DNA of 64,000 bases from contig NC_086097.1 in NCBI RefSeq assembly GCF_963921235.1, positions 79,734,001 through 79,798,000 of the forward strand. Reading direction: 5' to 3'. The notes below the pieces were generated by a model. The model saw only the letters and a list, made by a program, of their open reading frames with translations, was not told the DNA's origin and did not search any database. Positions 47,490 through 59,629 of this stretch are shown here, piece by piece. This stretch comes from Mobula hypostoma. Its lineage: Eukaryota. How positions within the stretch are numbered: position 1 is the stretch's first letter; each line of letters starts with the position of its first letter. The translations under genes were made by a program, and so were the position numbers.

Positions 47490-49116
47490 CAGTGCCTATA
47501 AAAAGTATTTACTTCCTCCCCCCACCCAGAAGTTTTCATGTTTTATTGTTTTACAACATTGAATCACAGAAGATTTAACTTGGTTTTTTTGACACTGATC
47601 AAAAGAAAAGACTCTTTCGTGTCAAAGCGAAAACACATTTCTACAAATTGGTCTAAATGTATTATAATTATTAAACACAAAATGATTGATTGCATAATTA
47701 CTCACCCCCTTCAAGTCAGTATTTAGTCGATGCACCTTTGGCAGCAATTACAGCCTTGAGTCTGTGTGGATGGGTCTCTATCAGCTTTGCACATCTGGAC
47801 TCTGCAATTTTTCCCCATTCTTCTTTACAAGGCTGCTCAAGCTCTGTCAAATTGCATGGGGATTGTAAGTAAACAGCTGTTTTCAAGTCCAGCCACAAAT
47901 TCTCAATTGAATTCAGATCTGAACTCTGACTTGGCCACTCCAGGACATTAGTTTTGTTGTTTTAAGCCATTCCTGTGTGGCTTTGGCTTTATGCTTGGGG
48001 TCATTGTCTTGCTGGAAAACAAATCTTCTCCCAAGTCAGAGTTCTCTTGGCATCAGGTTTTCCTCTAGGATTTCTCCATATTTTGCTGCATTCATTTTAC
48101 CCTCTACTTTCACAAATCTTCCAGGGACTGCTGCAGTGAAGCATCCCCACAGCATGATGCAGCCACCCACCATGCTTTAGAGTAGGGATGGCGTGTTTTT
48201 GATGATGTGCAATGTTTAGCTTACACCAAACATAGCATTTAGTCTGATGGCCAAAAAGCTCAATTTTCATTTCATCAGACCATAGAATCTTCTTCCAGCT
48301 GTCTTCAGAGCCTCCCACATACATTATGGCAAACTCTAATTTCATCTGGGATTTTTTTTCTCCAACAGTGGCTTTCTCTTTGCCAGTCTCCCATAAAGTT
48401 GTGACTGGTAAAACACCTGGGCAACAGTTGTATGCGCTGTCTCTCCCATCTCAGCCTCTGAAGCTTCTCCTCCAGAGGTGTCATTGGTCTCTTGGTGGCC
48501 TCCCTCATTCGTCCCCTTCTTGCATGGTCACTCAGTTTTTGAGGATAGCCTGCTCTGGATGGATTACAGCTCTACCATATTCTTTCCATTTCTAGCTGAT
48601 TGAAATAACTGTACTCCAAGGGATATTCAGTAACTTGGAAATTTTTTTGTATCCATCTCCTGACTTGTGCTTTTCAATAACCTTTTTGCAGAACTGCTTG
48701 GAGAGTTCTTTTGTCTTCATGGTATATTTTTGCTCGGATACTGATTCATCAGCAGTTGGACCTTCCACATATAGGTGTATTTTTACCACAATCGATTGAA
48801 ATATCTTGAATGCACACAAGTGATCTCCAGTTAACTAATATTGTGACTTTTAAAACCAACTGGCTGCACCAGTGATGACTTGGAGTGCCATATTAAAGGG
48901 GGTGAATACTTATGCAATGAATTATTTTGTGTTTTATATTTGTAATTAATTTAGATCCTTTGTAGAGATCTGTTTTCACTTTGACATGAAAGAGTCTTTT
49001 TCTGTTGATCAGTGTCAAAAAAGCCAAATTAAATCCACGGTAATTCAATGTTGTAAAACAATAAAACATGAAAACTTCCAAGAGGGGAGGGGTGTGAATA
49101 CTTTTTATAGGCACTG
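47490..49116 (-). mobile_element. Tc1/mariner transposon with long (about 220 bp) IR/DR-type TIRs; decayed transposase about 48721->47716
   Basis: TIR CAGTGCCTATAAAAAGTATT; MKTKELSKQFCKKVIEKHKSGDGYKKISKLLNIPWSTV; WKKILWSDEMKIELFG; AVIAAKGASTKY*. Confidence 0.92.
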
Positions 49117-51557
49117 TATTTATGAGTACATAATCTGAATGGGGATAATCAACCTGGCTTTGTGAGGGGCAGGTCATGTCTCATGAGCCTGAGTGACTTG
49201 TTGAGAAATGGACTAAAACAAATTGATGAAGGTATAATGTTAGATGTGGTGTATATGGATTTTAGTAGGGCATTTAACAATGTTTCCCATGATAAACTAA
49301 CTCAGAGCATCAGGAAATATGGAATCCAAGGAAACGTATGGATTTGGTATTGGTTTGCCCTTCAGAAGTAAGAGGGTGCTGGCCCATGGAAAACACTCTA
49401 TCTGGACCAGTGACTAGTGGTGTTCTGTGGAGATCTTGGACCCCTGAAGTTCATGATTTTTTATTATTGACTTGTATATGGAAATGGAAGGATGGATTAG
49501 TAAGTTTGGGTTGGTGATGTAGATAGTCTAGAAGGTAGTCATAGGTTACAACAGGGCACTGATAGGGTGCAGAGATGGGCTATGAAGTGACAGGTGGAGT
49601 TCAGTCTGAAAAAGTATAAAGTGATTCATTTTGGAAGATCAAACTTGAAGGTAGAGTACAAAATTCATGGCAGAATCCTCACCAAATGTGGAGGAATTGC
49701 AGGATGTTAGGGTCAATGTCCATAGATTCCTTAAAGTTGCCACTTAAGTCAATAGGGTAGTTAACAAGGCCTATGGTGCGTTGATCCTCATTAGTTGGGG
49801 AATTGAGTTTAAGAGCCATTAAGTATTGTTGCTGCTCTATAAAACTCTAATTAGATCATATTTAGGGTATTATGTTCAGTTCTGGTTGCCTCATTATAGG
49901 AAGGATGTAGAAGATTTACAGAGGGTACAGAGAAAATTTACCAGGATGGTGCCTAGAATAGAGACCATGTTTTATGTGGAAAGGTTGAGTGAGCTGGGGC
50001 TTTTCTCTTTGATAGGGGTTTATCAGACAATAAGAGGCATAGATAGAGCTTGGCTCAGGACACCTCAAGATTGCCACCTCCGGCTCTGGTTCTACCAGCT
50101 ATATCCAGCTCCAACCTCTACTGCCTCCACCTTCAGGAAAAGACCTTTCTCACTGCTACTGGGTCACAATATAAAAAGCTTCAGAGAGTTTCAGACTCTC
50201 CCTCCTACATTGCGGGCACATTCCTCCTCACCAATGACAGTATCTACAGGAGGCACTGTCTCAAGTAGGCAATAATGTGTCATCAAAGATTCCCACCATC
50301 TTAGCCATGCCACCTTTCTGCAGCTACCACTGGGCAGGAGGTGCAGAGCCATAAGTTTCACACCACTAAGGTCAATCCAGCTATTACCCTACAATAATTC
50401 AGTTTTTGAACCAACCATCACAACCTTAATTACTACAGTTTAGTGATTATGAAACGGTGACCACTTTGCATTAAAGTGTACTTTGTTTTTTTTTGTCCTA
50501 ATTATGTTCCTTTTTGTCCTAATTATGTTCCTTCTTGAAAAATTTGTATAATTTATGATCAATCTATGTTTTTCCTCGTGAATGCTGCTTAGTTAATGCT
50601 ATTTACTCGTGATACTGCTGAAAGTTTGTAATTGATTGATTTATTTATTATTTTTTTTGTAACTGATTTACTTATTTATTATTATTTTTTCTCTTCTAGA
50701 TTATGTATTGCATTGAACTGCTTCTGCTCAGTTAACAAATTTCATGACATATGCCAGTGATAATAAACCTGATTCTGATTCTGAGTTTTTCATTGTATCT
50801 GTGCAACAATGCACTTGTACATTTGAAAGTAAACACCACTTTGACTTTGATCTTTCAAATCCTCAGAGTGTCCCAAAACAATTTTCTGTTGGAAAGGCTC
50901 TATGACATTTATCCACATCCCTCTTTACAGAGAAGACACCAATTTCTATCCTGTTTGATTTCAAACCCTATTTTCAGGTCAATATCATTCCATACATTTT
51001 CATATGGAATTTCTGTATCTATTTTAGTCATAAAGAAAGAAAAGCAAGTGATTCACACTTATGGGAGTGATTCAGACACATATTGTTAACTGCATAAAAT
51101 TGAAGAAAAGTCTCATCGATATTCCAATAAAAGGAACTATTTAAAGTTGTTTTTTTTTTAATAGCACCTGAAATCCTGAACATTTGAGGCAGTTGCAAAA
51201 AATTGATTGGTGACCAAAACCAATGGCATGAATAGTTGCTTCTTCCAAGACTGTTCAAAACTGTAAGTATTGAACTGCAGTCTAAATCAGCACAGTGGAA
51301 ACGCGTTAAAATGTGAAAGAAAACAGTGAGGTCTAGGTTTCAGAATGGAAGATTGATCACATGAATGTGGTGTACATGCCATTTAAACCTCAAATGCCAT
51401 GTTACTGTTTTTGGCTTAAGTTATTGCATCAGTAGCACCAAGGGACAAATAAAGTACTTGAATTAATTTATTATGTGGAAACATTTTAGTAAGGCAGAAT
51501 GACAAACCATTTTAAAAAATACATAAGATTATAAATGAACACAGATTTATGGACATA

Positions 51558-52090
51558 CACTCAGTGGCCACTTTATTACATACACCTGTACATCTGTTCC
51601 TTAATGCAAATATCCAATTAGCCAATCATGTAGCAGCAATTCAATGCACAAAAGCATGCGAACACATCAAGAAGTTCAGTTGTTGTTCAGATCAAACATC
51701 AGAATGAGGAGGAAATATGATCTAAGTGACTTTGACCGTGGAATGATTATTGGCGCCAGATAGGGTGGTTTTAGTATCTTGGAAACAGTCTCTAGAGTTT
51801 ACAGAGAAAGGTGTGAAAATGGAAAAAAAAATACATCCAATGGGTGGCAGTTCTGTGGGTGAAAACGCGTTGTTTTTAAGAGGTCAGAGGAGAATGGGAG
51901 TACTTGTTCAAGCTAACAGGAAGGTAACAGTAATTCAAATCACCATGCATTAACCATTCAGAAGAGCATCTCTGAATGCACAACATGTCGATCCTTGAAG
52001 TAGATGGGCTAAAACAGCACAAGACCATGAACACACACTGTGCCCATTTTATTAAGTATAGGAGGTACCTAATAAAGTGGCCACTGAGTG
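51558..52090 (+). mobile_element. Non-autonomous Tc1-like element
   Basis: TA-flanked TIRs CACTCAGTGGCCACTTTATTA; remnant DLSDFDRGMIIGAR. Confidence 0.85.
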
Positions 52091-52721
52091 TATATGCTTA
52101 AATTAAAGAGGGTGTTCTGTGGTTTCTATACCATTGATTATAATGAGAACCCTCAAGTGTAATCTACTGATTACACAAACATGTAAATATTTGCACCAAT
52201 AACCAGGGATCAAGGGCTTCGTCATTAAATCCAAAACTATACCTTGTTAATTCAATGACTTCCACACTCCACCAAAGTGAGCTTCAAACAATTAAGGCTT
52301 AGGGACAGGCACCAATGTGGTCTAATTCCAGAAATACATTACTTCGACAGTTCTGAATTGCTCTTCTCTGACATACAGAGCTGTTTTGCCCAGGGTTGGA
52401 ATTGGTGACTCTTTCCCCTCCTCCAGTTACTACAGACTATGTAAATACTTTTCGGACACAATTCCCAGTTTTCTTTACAGAGTTCTCACTAGTCAAAATA
52501 TGAAAAGCCTTTCATGGTATGTATGTGATAAGTGGACAGATATATTAGTTCTGAAAATCAGAGATGTGAGTAGTTTGCAATACCATGGCAGAGAATACTC
52601 CTAACAGAGATTACTAGATTGTATTTTCAACAGTGCAATCTACAATAAGTAGTACAGCATATGATCATCATAAATATAGAGGACATAACAATCAATAAGG
52701 GTAGTGTAAGAAGACAGGTAA

Positions 52722-53673
52722 CTCTATCTCTGGAGACAGGTTATCTACTGATGTCTACTGTAAGCCTACGGACTCTCACAGCTACCTGGACTATTCCTCT
52801 GCCCATCCTGTCTCTTGCAAAAATGACATCTCCTTCTCGCAATTCCTCCATCTCTGCCGCATCTGCTCTCAGGATGAGGCTTTTCAATCCAGGATGAAGG
52901 AGATGCCCTCCTTTTTTAAAAAAAGGGGCTTCCGTTCCTCCGCCATCAACTTTGCTCTCAAACGCATCTCTCCCATTTCACACACATCTGCTCTTACCCC
53001 ATCCTCCCGCCACCCCACTAGGAATAGGGTTCCCCTTGTCCTCACCTACCACCCCACCAGCCTCCGGGTCCAACATATAATTCTCCGTAACTTTCACCAC
53101 CTCCAACAGGATCCCACCATTAAGCACATCTTTCCCTCCCACCCCTTTCTGCTTTCCACAGGGATCGCTCCCTACGCGACTCCCTTGTCCATTCGTCCCC
53201 CCCATCCCTTCCCACTGATCTCCCTCCTGGCACTTACCCTTGTAAGCGGAACAAGTGCTACACATGCCCTTACACTTCCTCCCTCACCACTATTCAGGGC
53301 TCCAACCAGTCCTTCCAGGTGAGTGACACTTCACCTGTGAGTCAGCTGGGGTGATATACTGCGTCTGGTGCTCCCGATGTGGTCTTCTATATATTGGCAA
53401 GACCTGACGCAGACTGGGAGATCATTTCGCTGAACACCTACGCTTTCTCCACCAGAGAAAGCAGGATCTCCCAATGGCCACACATTTTAATTCCACGTCC
53501 CATTCCCATTCTGATGTGTCTATTCACAGCCTCCTCTACTGTCAAGATGAAGCCACAGTCAGGTTGGAGGAACAACACCTTATATTCTGTCTGGGTAGCC
53601 TCTAACCTGATGGCATGAGCATTGACTTATCTAACTTACGTTAATGCCGCACCTCCCCTTCATACCCCATCCC

Positions 53674-53716
<43 letters not shown>

Positions 53717-54137
53717 TCTATCTATCTATCTATCTACAAACGTTTGTATCTTTCTTTCTTTCCCCCTTTTTCTTTTTTCTCCCTCTCACAATAACTCCCT
53801 GCCCATCCTCTGGGCTTCCCCCTTCCCCCTTTTTTTCTCCCTAGGCCTCCCATCCCATGATCCTCTCCCTTCTCCAGCCTCCTATCCCTTTTGCCAATCA
53901 ACTTTCCAGCTCTTAGCTCCATCCCCCTCCCCCCCATCTTCTCCTATCATTTCGGATCTCCCCCTCCCCCTCCCAAATCTCTTACTGTCTCTTCTTTCAG
54001 TTAGTCCTGACAAAGGGTCTCGGCCTCAAAAGTCAACTGTACCTCTTCCTATAGATGCTGCCTGGCCTGCTGCGTTCACCAGCATTTTTTATGTGTGTTG
54101 CTTGAATTTCCAGCATCTGCAGATTCCCTCGTGTTTG
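52722..54137 (+). mobile_element. Penelope-like retroelement, 5'-truncated (RT thumb + GIY-YIG endonuclease + terminal repeat)
   Basis: TDVYCKPTDSHSYLDYSSAHPVSCK...SQFL; RVPLVLTYHP; FTCESAGVIYCVWCSRCGLLYIGKT; terminal repeat with degenerate hammerhead agtcctgacaaagggtctcggcctcaaaagtcaact. Confidence 0.92.
53675..53735 (+). repeat. (TATT)n(TATC)n microsatellite
   Basis: Directly visible. Confidence 0.9.
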
Positions 54138-54769
54138 TGAGGTAAGGAAAATTGCTCAATTACTGGAACTATGTGGACAAGTTTGAACGAAACAATGAAA
54201 AATATCAGCAATTCAGATGGGGATTGTGATGAAGTACATTATAAATCCAGGCAGCAAGAGGTAAAACAAAGAATGGTTTTTGGAATAGGAGTTCAGATGC
54301 AAGATTTTATATAAGAGCATCTGACACTGTATTTTTTTAAAGTGGGCATAGGGGGTTCTGTTTAAAATAAAACACTCTGCTCCTCCATTCGCTATTCAAA
54401 ATTATTATTTGTAACTAAAATATATAGTACTACATCACAATTATTGACAGTATTTAACTATTCAAGTATTCTTACATTTTACATCTTCCTTTGGTCATCA
54501 AAACAAATTACCATGGGAATTAATTTCCAAGATCTCACACTCTAAAATGACAATATCTGCTCATTTTCATTCTTGATAAGAATAATGGTAGTAGAGTGCC
54601 CAGAAAACTCAGCCAGACTATAACGAAAGTAAGAACATACAATAGTTCTTAGATGAAGTAACAAAAGGAATTGATTTGGGTAATGCAGATGTGGAATTTC
54701 AAAAGCTGTAAAACTACTATAGAATAGACAAAAGCAAGATTCATACCCATTGGATTAAAGGAGCAGTAG

Positions 54770-57080
54770 TGGAGACAGAGACATGCCTCACCACCAGCAC
54801 TTGACAGTATTCCATTCCAAGGGCTTCACTTTCTACGGCATGAACCGGACAGTGGTATTAGGTAAAGGAAGAGGTGGCGGTGATTAGTTCTTGATTAACT
54901 CATCATGGTGGTTCTGTCTCAGTCCTGTTCCCCTGACTTGGAACACCTGGCGGTCAAGGGAAGTCCATTCTATTTGCCGAGGGATTTCTCCACCATCACC
55001 CTGGTTGCTGGGTACATTCCACCAATGACAAATGAAATGCTGGCACTGGAGGAGGTGAGTACTGAGATCAAAAGTCACAAGACAACGCATCCTAATGCCT
55101 TCCCAACCATTGTGAGGGACTTCAACCAGGTCAGTTTGAAGAAGGCTCTGAACGTCTACCAACATATCATCTGTGGAACCAACACTTTATCACTGTTACA
55201 TCACCATCAAGAATGCTTACTGTGCCATTACATGCCTGCACTTTGGAAAGTCTGATCTCCTGACTGTACTTCTACTCCCAGCAAGTAAGCAGAGATGGCA
55301 CTGATAAGTGGTGATTCTTATCTGATGGGGATAATCAAATATTCCTGTTTAAGACTAGTACAGCTGAAATCCACAGACAAAGCCATGGGTACTTCAGTAA
55401 GTAACAGTTTTAAGATACTCAAATTTAGTGATATTGGCAGATCCTGGGCTGCAGACTTGGGTTGCGAGTGGAGTTGCTGCTTAAGAAAACAGAAGCAGGG
55501 CCAGCTTACTGGTTTACAAGTAAGATTGAAACACAAAGGCTTTAGACCTCCACTCCTGACCATCCCGCTGGCAAACATACAGTCTCAGGAAAAGAAAACT
55601 GAAGACTTCACAGCAAGATTGCAGTACTAGAGAGATATCAGGGACTGCTGTGTACTTGGCTTTACAGAAACGTGGCTCACATGTCAAGACAAGGTAAAGG
55701 CAAAACCCTGCGGCATCTAGCCACCCTGTGATCTTTATCTCGGAGGCTGAACACCTAGTGGTCAAGTGTCATCTATTTTATCTGCCAAGGGAGTTTTCTG
55801 CCATCATCCTGGAAATGGTGCTTGTATTACCTCAGGCCAACATCAGACAAACTGTGGAGGAGCTGAGTACTATTATCAGCAGTCATGAAATAGCACACCC
55901 TGATGCCTTCCCTATCATTGTGGGGGATTTCAACAAGACCAGATTGAAAAGTTTCTGAACAACTACCACCAACATATCTCCTGTGGAACCAGAGGAGCCG
56001 ACACACTTGGCCACTATTGAGAGTGCTTACCATGCTATCCCACACGCCACTTTGGAAAGTCCAATCACCTGCCTGTGTTGCTGCTCCCAGTGTGTAGGCA
56101 GAGACTAAAGACCGTAGCATCAGTAGTGAAGACCAAGGGAGGTGGAGGAGCAGTTACAGGACTACTTTGAATCGGTGGTCTAGACAATATTCAGGAACTC
56201 ATCTTCCAATCTGAATGAATACGCCACTGTTATCACTGACTTCATCAAGCCCTATGTGGCTGAGTGAGTGCCTATGAGAACATACCGGACATACCCAAAC
56301 TAAAGCCATGGATGAACCAGGAGATTCCAAGTTACTGATGACTAGATCTATGGTGTTTAAGACCGGTGATCCAGAACTATACAAGAAGTCCAGGTATGAC
56401 CTACGGAAGGCTATTTTAAGGCTAAAAAGACAATTCCAATTGAAGTTAGAGACAGAATTTTATGTTCCAGAGCTCTGGCCAGGCTTACAAGTCATTACTT
56501 CCTGCAAGGCAATACCCAATATCATAAATGGGTGCAATCTTCACTCCCAGATGAATTCAATGCCTTTTATGCATGCTTTGAAAGAGAGTATAAAATTATA
56601 TCTGTGCAAAACCCTGCGGCATCTAGCCACCCTGTGATCTTTATCTCGGAGGCTAATATTAGAACATCTTTCAAGAAAGTGAACTCTTACAAGGCGTCAG
56701 GCCCAGATTATGGAGCTGGTAGGGCAATGAACACCTGTGCCAACCAACTAGTGGGAGTGTTCAAGGACATCTTTAATTTTTCATTGCTACAGTCAGAGGT
56801 TCCCACCTGCTTCAAAAGGGCAACAATCATACCAGCGCTCAAGAAGAGCAGGGTGAGCTGCCTCAAAGACTGTCTAATATGACAAAGTGCTTTGAGAGGT
56901 TGGTCATGTCTTGAATGAACTCCTGCCTAAGCAAGAACCTGGACACACTGCAAGTTGCCTATTGTCTCAACAGATCTACAGCAGATTCAATCTCACTGGC
57001 TTTTCACTTGGCTTTGGATCACCTGGGCAACAGCAATACCTCGGCAGGCAGCTGTTTACTGATTACAGCTCATTGTTCAA
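54770..57080 (+). mobile_element. Two decayed Rex1/Babar 5' fragments (APE domain and linker)
   Basis: CSPDLEHLAVK..PFYLPRDF; YIPP; IVGDFN; CANQLVGVFKDIFN. Confidence 0.8.
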
Positions 57081-57084
57081 CATA

Positions 57085-58425
57085 ATAATAATAATGTGCT
57101 TTAATGATCCCCAGTGGGAAATTATTTCATTACAGTAGCAACATGTAAAACACACTTAGCAATAATAATAACTATAATGATAATAGTAACTAATAATGAA
57201 GTACAGAATAACAATATGCTCAATAATATACCAATGTTCAATACTGTACAATAATAATGTATGAAATAATAAAACAGAAACTATTGTCCTATGTGTCTTC
57301 TCCTGTCGCAAAGAGTTGAACTGTTTTATATGCTTATTGCATTGGTAGGAAAGACCTTCGGTAACAATCCTGCGACAGCAGAGCTGATTGAGTCTGTTCG
57401 AAAAGTGCTCTGCTACTTATTCAGTAAGTCATGGAGAGGATGTGCCAGATTGTCCATAATGGATAACAGTTTGTCTAGTGACCTCCTCTCCACCACTAAC
57501 TCAAAAGAGTCCGGGTTCTAACCAAGCCTTTTTGATGAGTTTATTTAGTTTTTTTGCAAGACCAGCACTGATGCTGCTCCCCCAAATAAAGCCTCAAAAA
57601 AGAATGCACTCGCTACAACAGACTGGTAAAAGATCTCCAACATCCTGCTGCATACATCGTAGGATCTCAGCTTCCTTTTAAAATAGAGCCTGCTCATCCC
57701 CTCCTTGTAAACAGCCGTGGTGTTGGTTTTCCAGTCAAGTCTGTTATCGAGGTGAACATCCAAGTATTTGTACTCCTCCACCACTGCAACTTCTTTTACT
57801 AGAATGTTTACAAAACTCGTCATAGTCCCCTTTCTCCTAATATCAATCACTATCTCCCTAGTTTTTGCCACATTCAGGAGCAGGTGATTCCTCCTGCACC
57901 ACTCCACAAACTTGTCCACCAGTCCTCTGTACTCCGACTCCTGCCCATCTCTGATACACCCAACCACTGCAGAGTCATCAGAGAACTTCTGCAAGTGACA
58001 AGACTCAGATTTGTACTGAAAGTCTCAGACAAAGAACTACCCAGCTGTACGAACTGGGGTCTATAAGTCGGGTAGTCAGTAGTCCAGGAGACAGTGGATT
58101 TGTTTACATCCATCTTTTGTAGCTTCTCGCTCAGAAGGAGTGGCTGGATTGTATTGAAGGCATTAGAGAAATTAAAAAATATGGTTCTCGCAATGCTACC
58201 AGCATCATCCAGGTGGGAGTGAGCTCTCTGCAACAGGTAGATGATGACACATTAAGTTGGTAGGCAAACTGTAAAGGGTCCAATGACAATCTCACCTGCA
58301 GTCCAAGGTAAGTCAGGACCAGCCTCTCCAACACCTTCATCACATGAGACGTGAGGGCAATTGGCCTGTAGTCATTAAGTTCAGATGGAGCTGCCTTCTT
58401 GGGTACAGGAACCAAGCAGGAAGTC
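57085..58425 (-). mobile_element. Rex1/Babar LINE RT to 3' end
   Basis: NDYRPIALTSHVMKVLERL; QKFSDDSAVVGCI; SRLYFKRKLRS. Confidence 0.85.
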
Positions 58426-58514
58426 TTTCATAGCACTGGTATCTTTTCCTGACTCAGACTCAGATTGTAAAGGTGCTGCAAAATACCAGGCAGCTGGCTT
58501 GCACACCTTTAGTT

Positions 58515-59625
58515 ATAATCAACTCGCTCCAAAACCTGGATCTCTGTACCTCCCTCTGCAACTGGATCCACGACTTCCTCACCGGGAGACCAGAATCAGT
58601 GCGGATCAGAAATAAATCTTCTCCTGCCGATAATCAACACTGGCGCACCTCAAGGATGCTTGCTTAGCCCAATGCTCTACTCTCTACATCCACGACTGTG
58701 TGACCAGGCACAGCTCAAACACCATCTATAAATTTGCTGAATTGCCTACCTTGAACACCGCAGATCCAGTCTTCAGCAGACTGCGAAACTCCTGGTTCAT
58801 CCAGACACAACTTTTGTTGCAGAATTTCAGATAGTGACGAGGAGGCATACAGGAGTGAGATAGATCAGCTGATAGAGTGGTGTTGCAACAACAACCTTGC
58901 AGTCATTGTCAGTAAGACCAAGGAACTGATTGTGGACTTCAGGAAGGGGAAGTTGAAGGAACATACATCAGTCCCCGGAGGGATCTGCAGTGGAAAGGGT
59001 GAGCAGTTTCAAATTCCTGGGTGTGAACATCTCTGAAGATCTATTCTGGGTCCAACACATTGATGCAATTACAAAGAAGGCATGACAGTGGCTATATTTC
59101 ATTAGGAGTTTGAAGAGATTTGGCATGTCACCAAAGATTCTCGCAAATTTATAGAGGTGTACCGTGGAGAGCATTAACTGGTTGCATCACCATCTGGTAT
59201 GGAGGGGCCACTGCAGAGGATCAGATAAAGTTGCAGAAAGTTGCAAACTCAGCCATCTTCATCATGGGTATTAAGCTCTCCAGCATCAAGAACAGCTTCA
59301 AATGGCAATGTCTCAAGAAGGCGGCATCCATCACTAAGGACCCCATCATCCAGGAATGCCCTTTTCTCACTGCTACCATCAAGGAGGTACAAAAGCCTGA
59401 AGACACACACTCAACATTTCAGAAATAGCTTCCTCCACTCCACAATCAGATTTCTGAATGGACAATAAACCCTACTAGACTACCTTATTATTTTTATTTT
59501 GCTCTCTTTTTTAATATTTCTTATTGTTATTTGTAGTTATTAATAATTATTATAAATTGTAATGTACTGTTGCGTAGAACGATACATTTCACAACATATG
59601 CCAGTGGTATTAAATCTGATTCTGT
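58515..59625 (+). mobile_element. Rex1/Babar LINE RT to 3' end
   Basis: [29 protein letters not shown]. Confidence 0.8.
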
Positions 59626-59629
59626 TTCC

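Larger units (their letters stand above)
46640..50050 (+). mobile_element. CR1 ORF2, interrupted by a PLE fragment and a Tc1 element
   Basis: INEYLASVFT; VPEDWRVAN...GNYRPMSLT; DVVYMDFSRAF; LYKTLIRSYLGYYVQFW. Confidence 0.85.

Noticed and set aside
51165..51262. Possible plus-strand exon with good splice signals
   Set aside because: Stops in all three frames and no supporting evidence; could only be non-coding.
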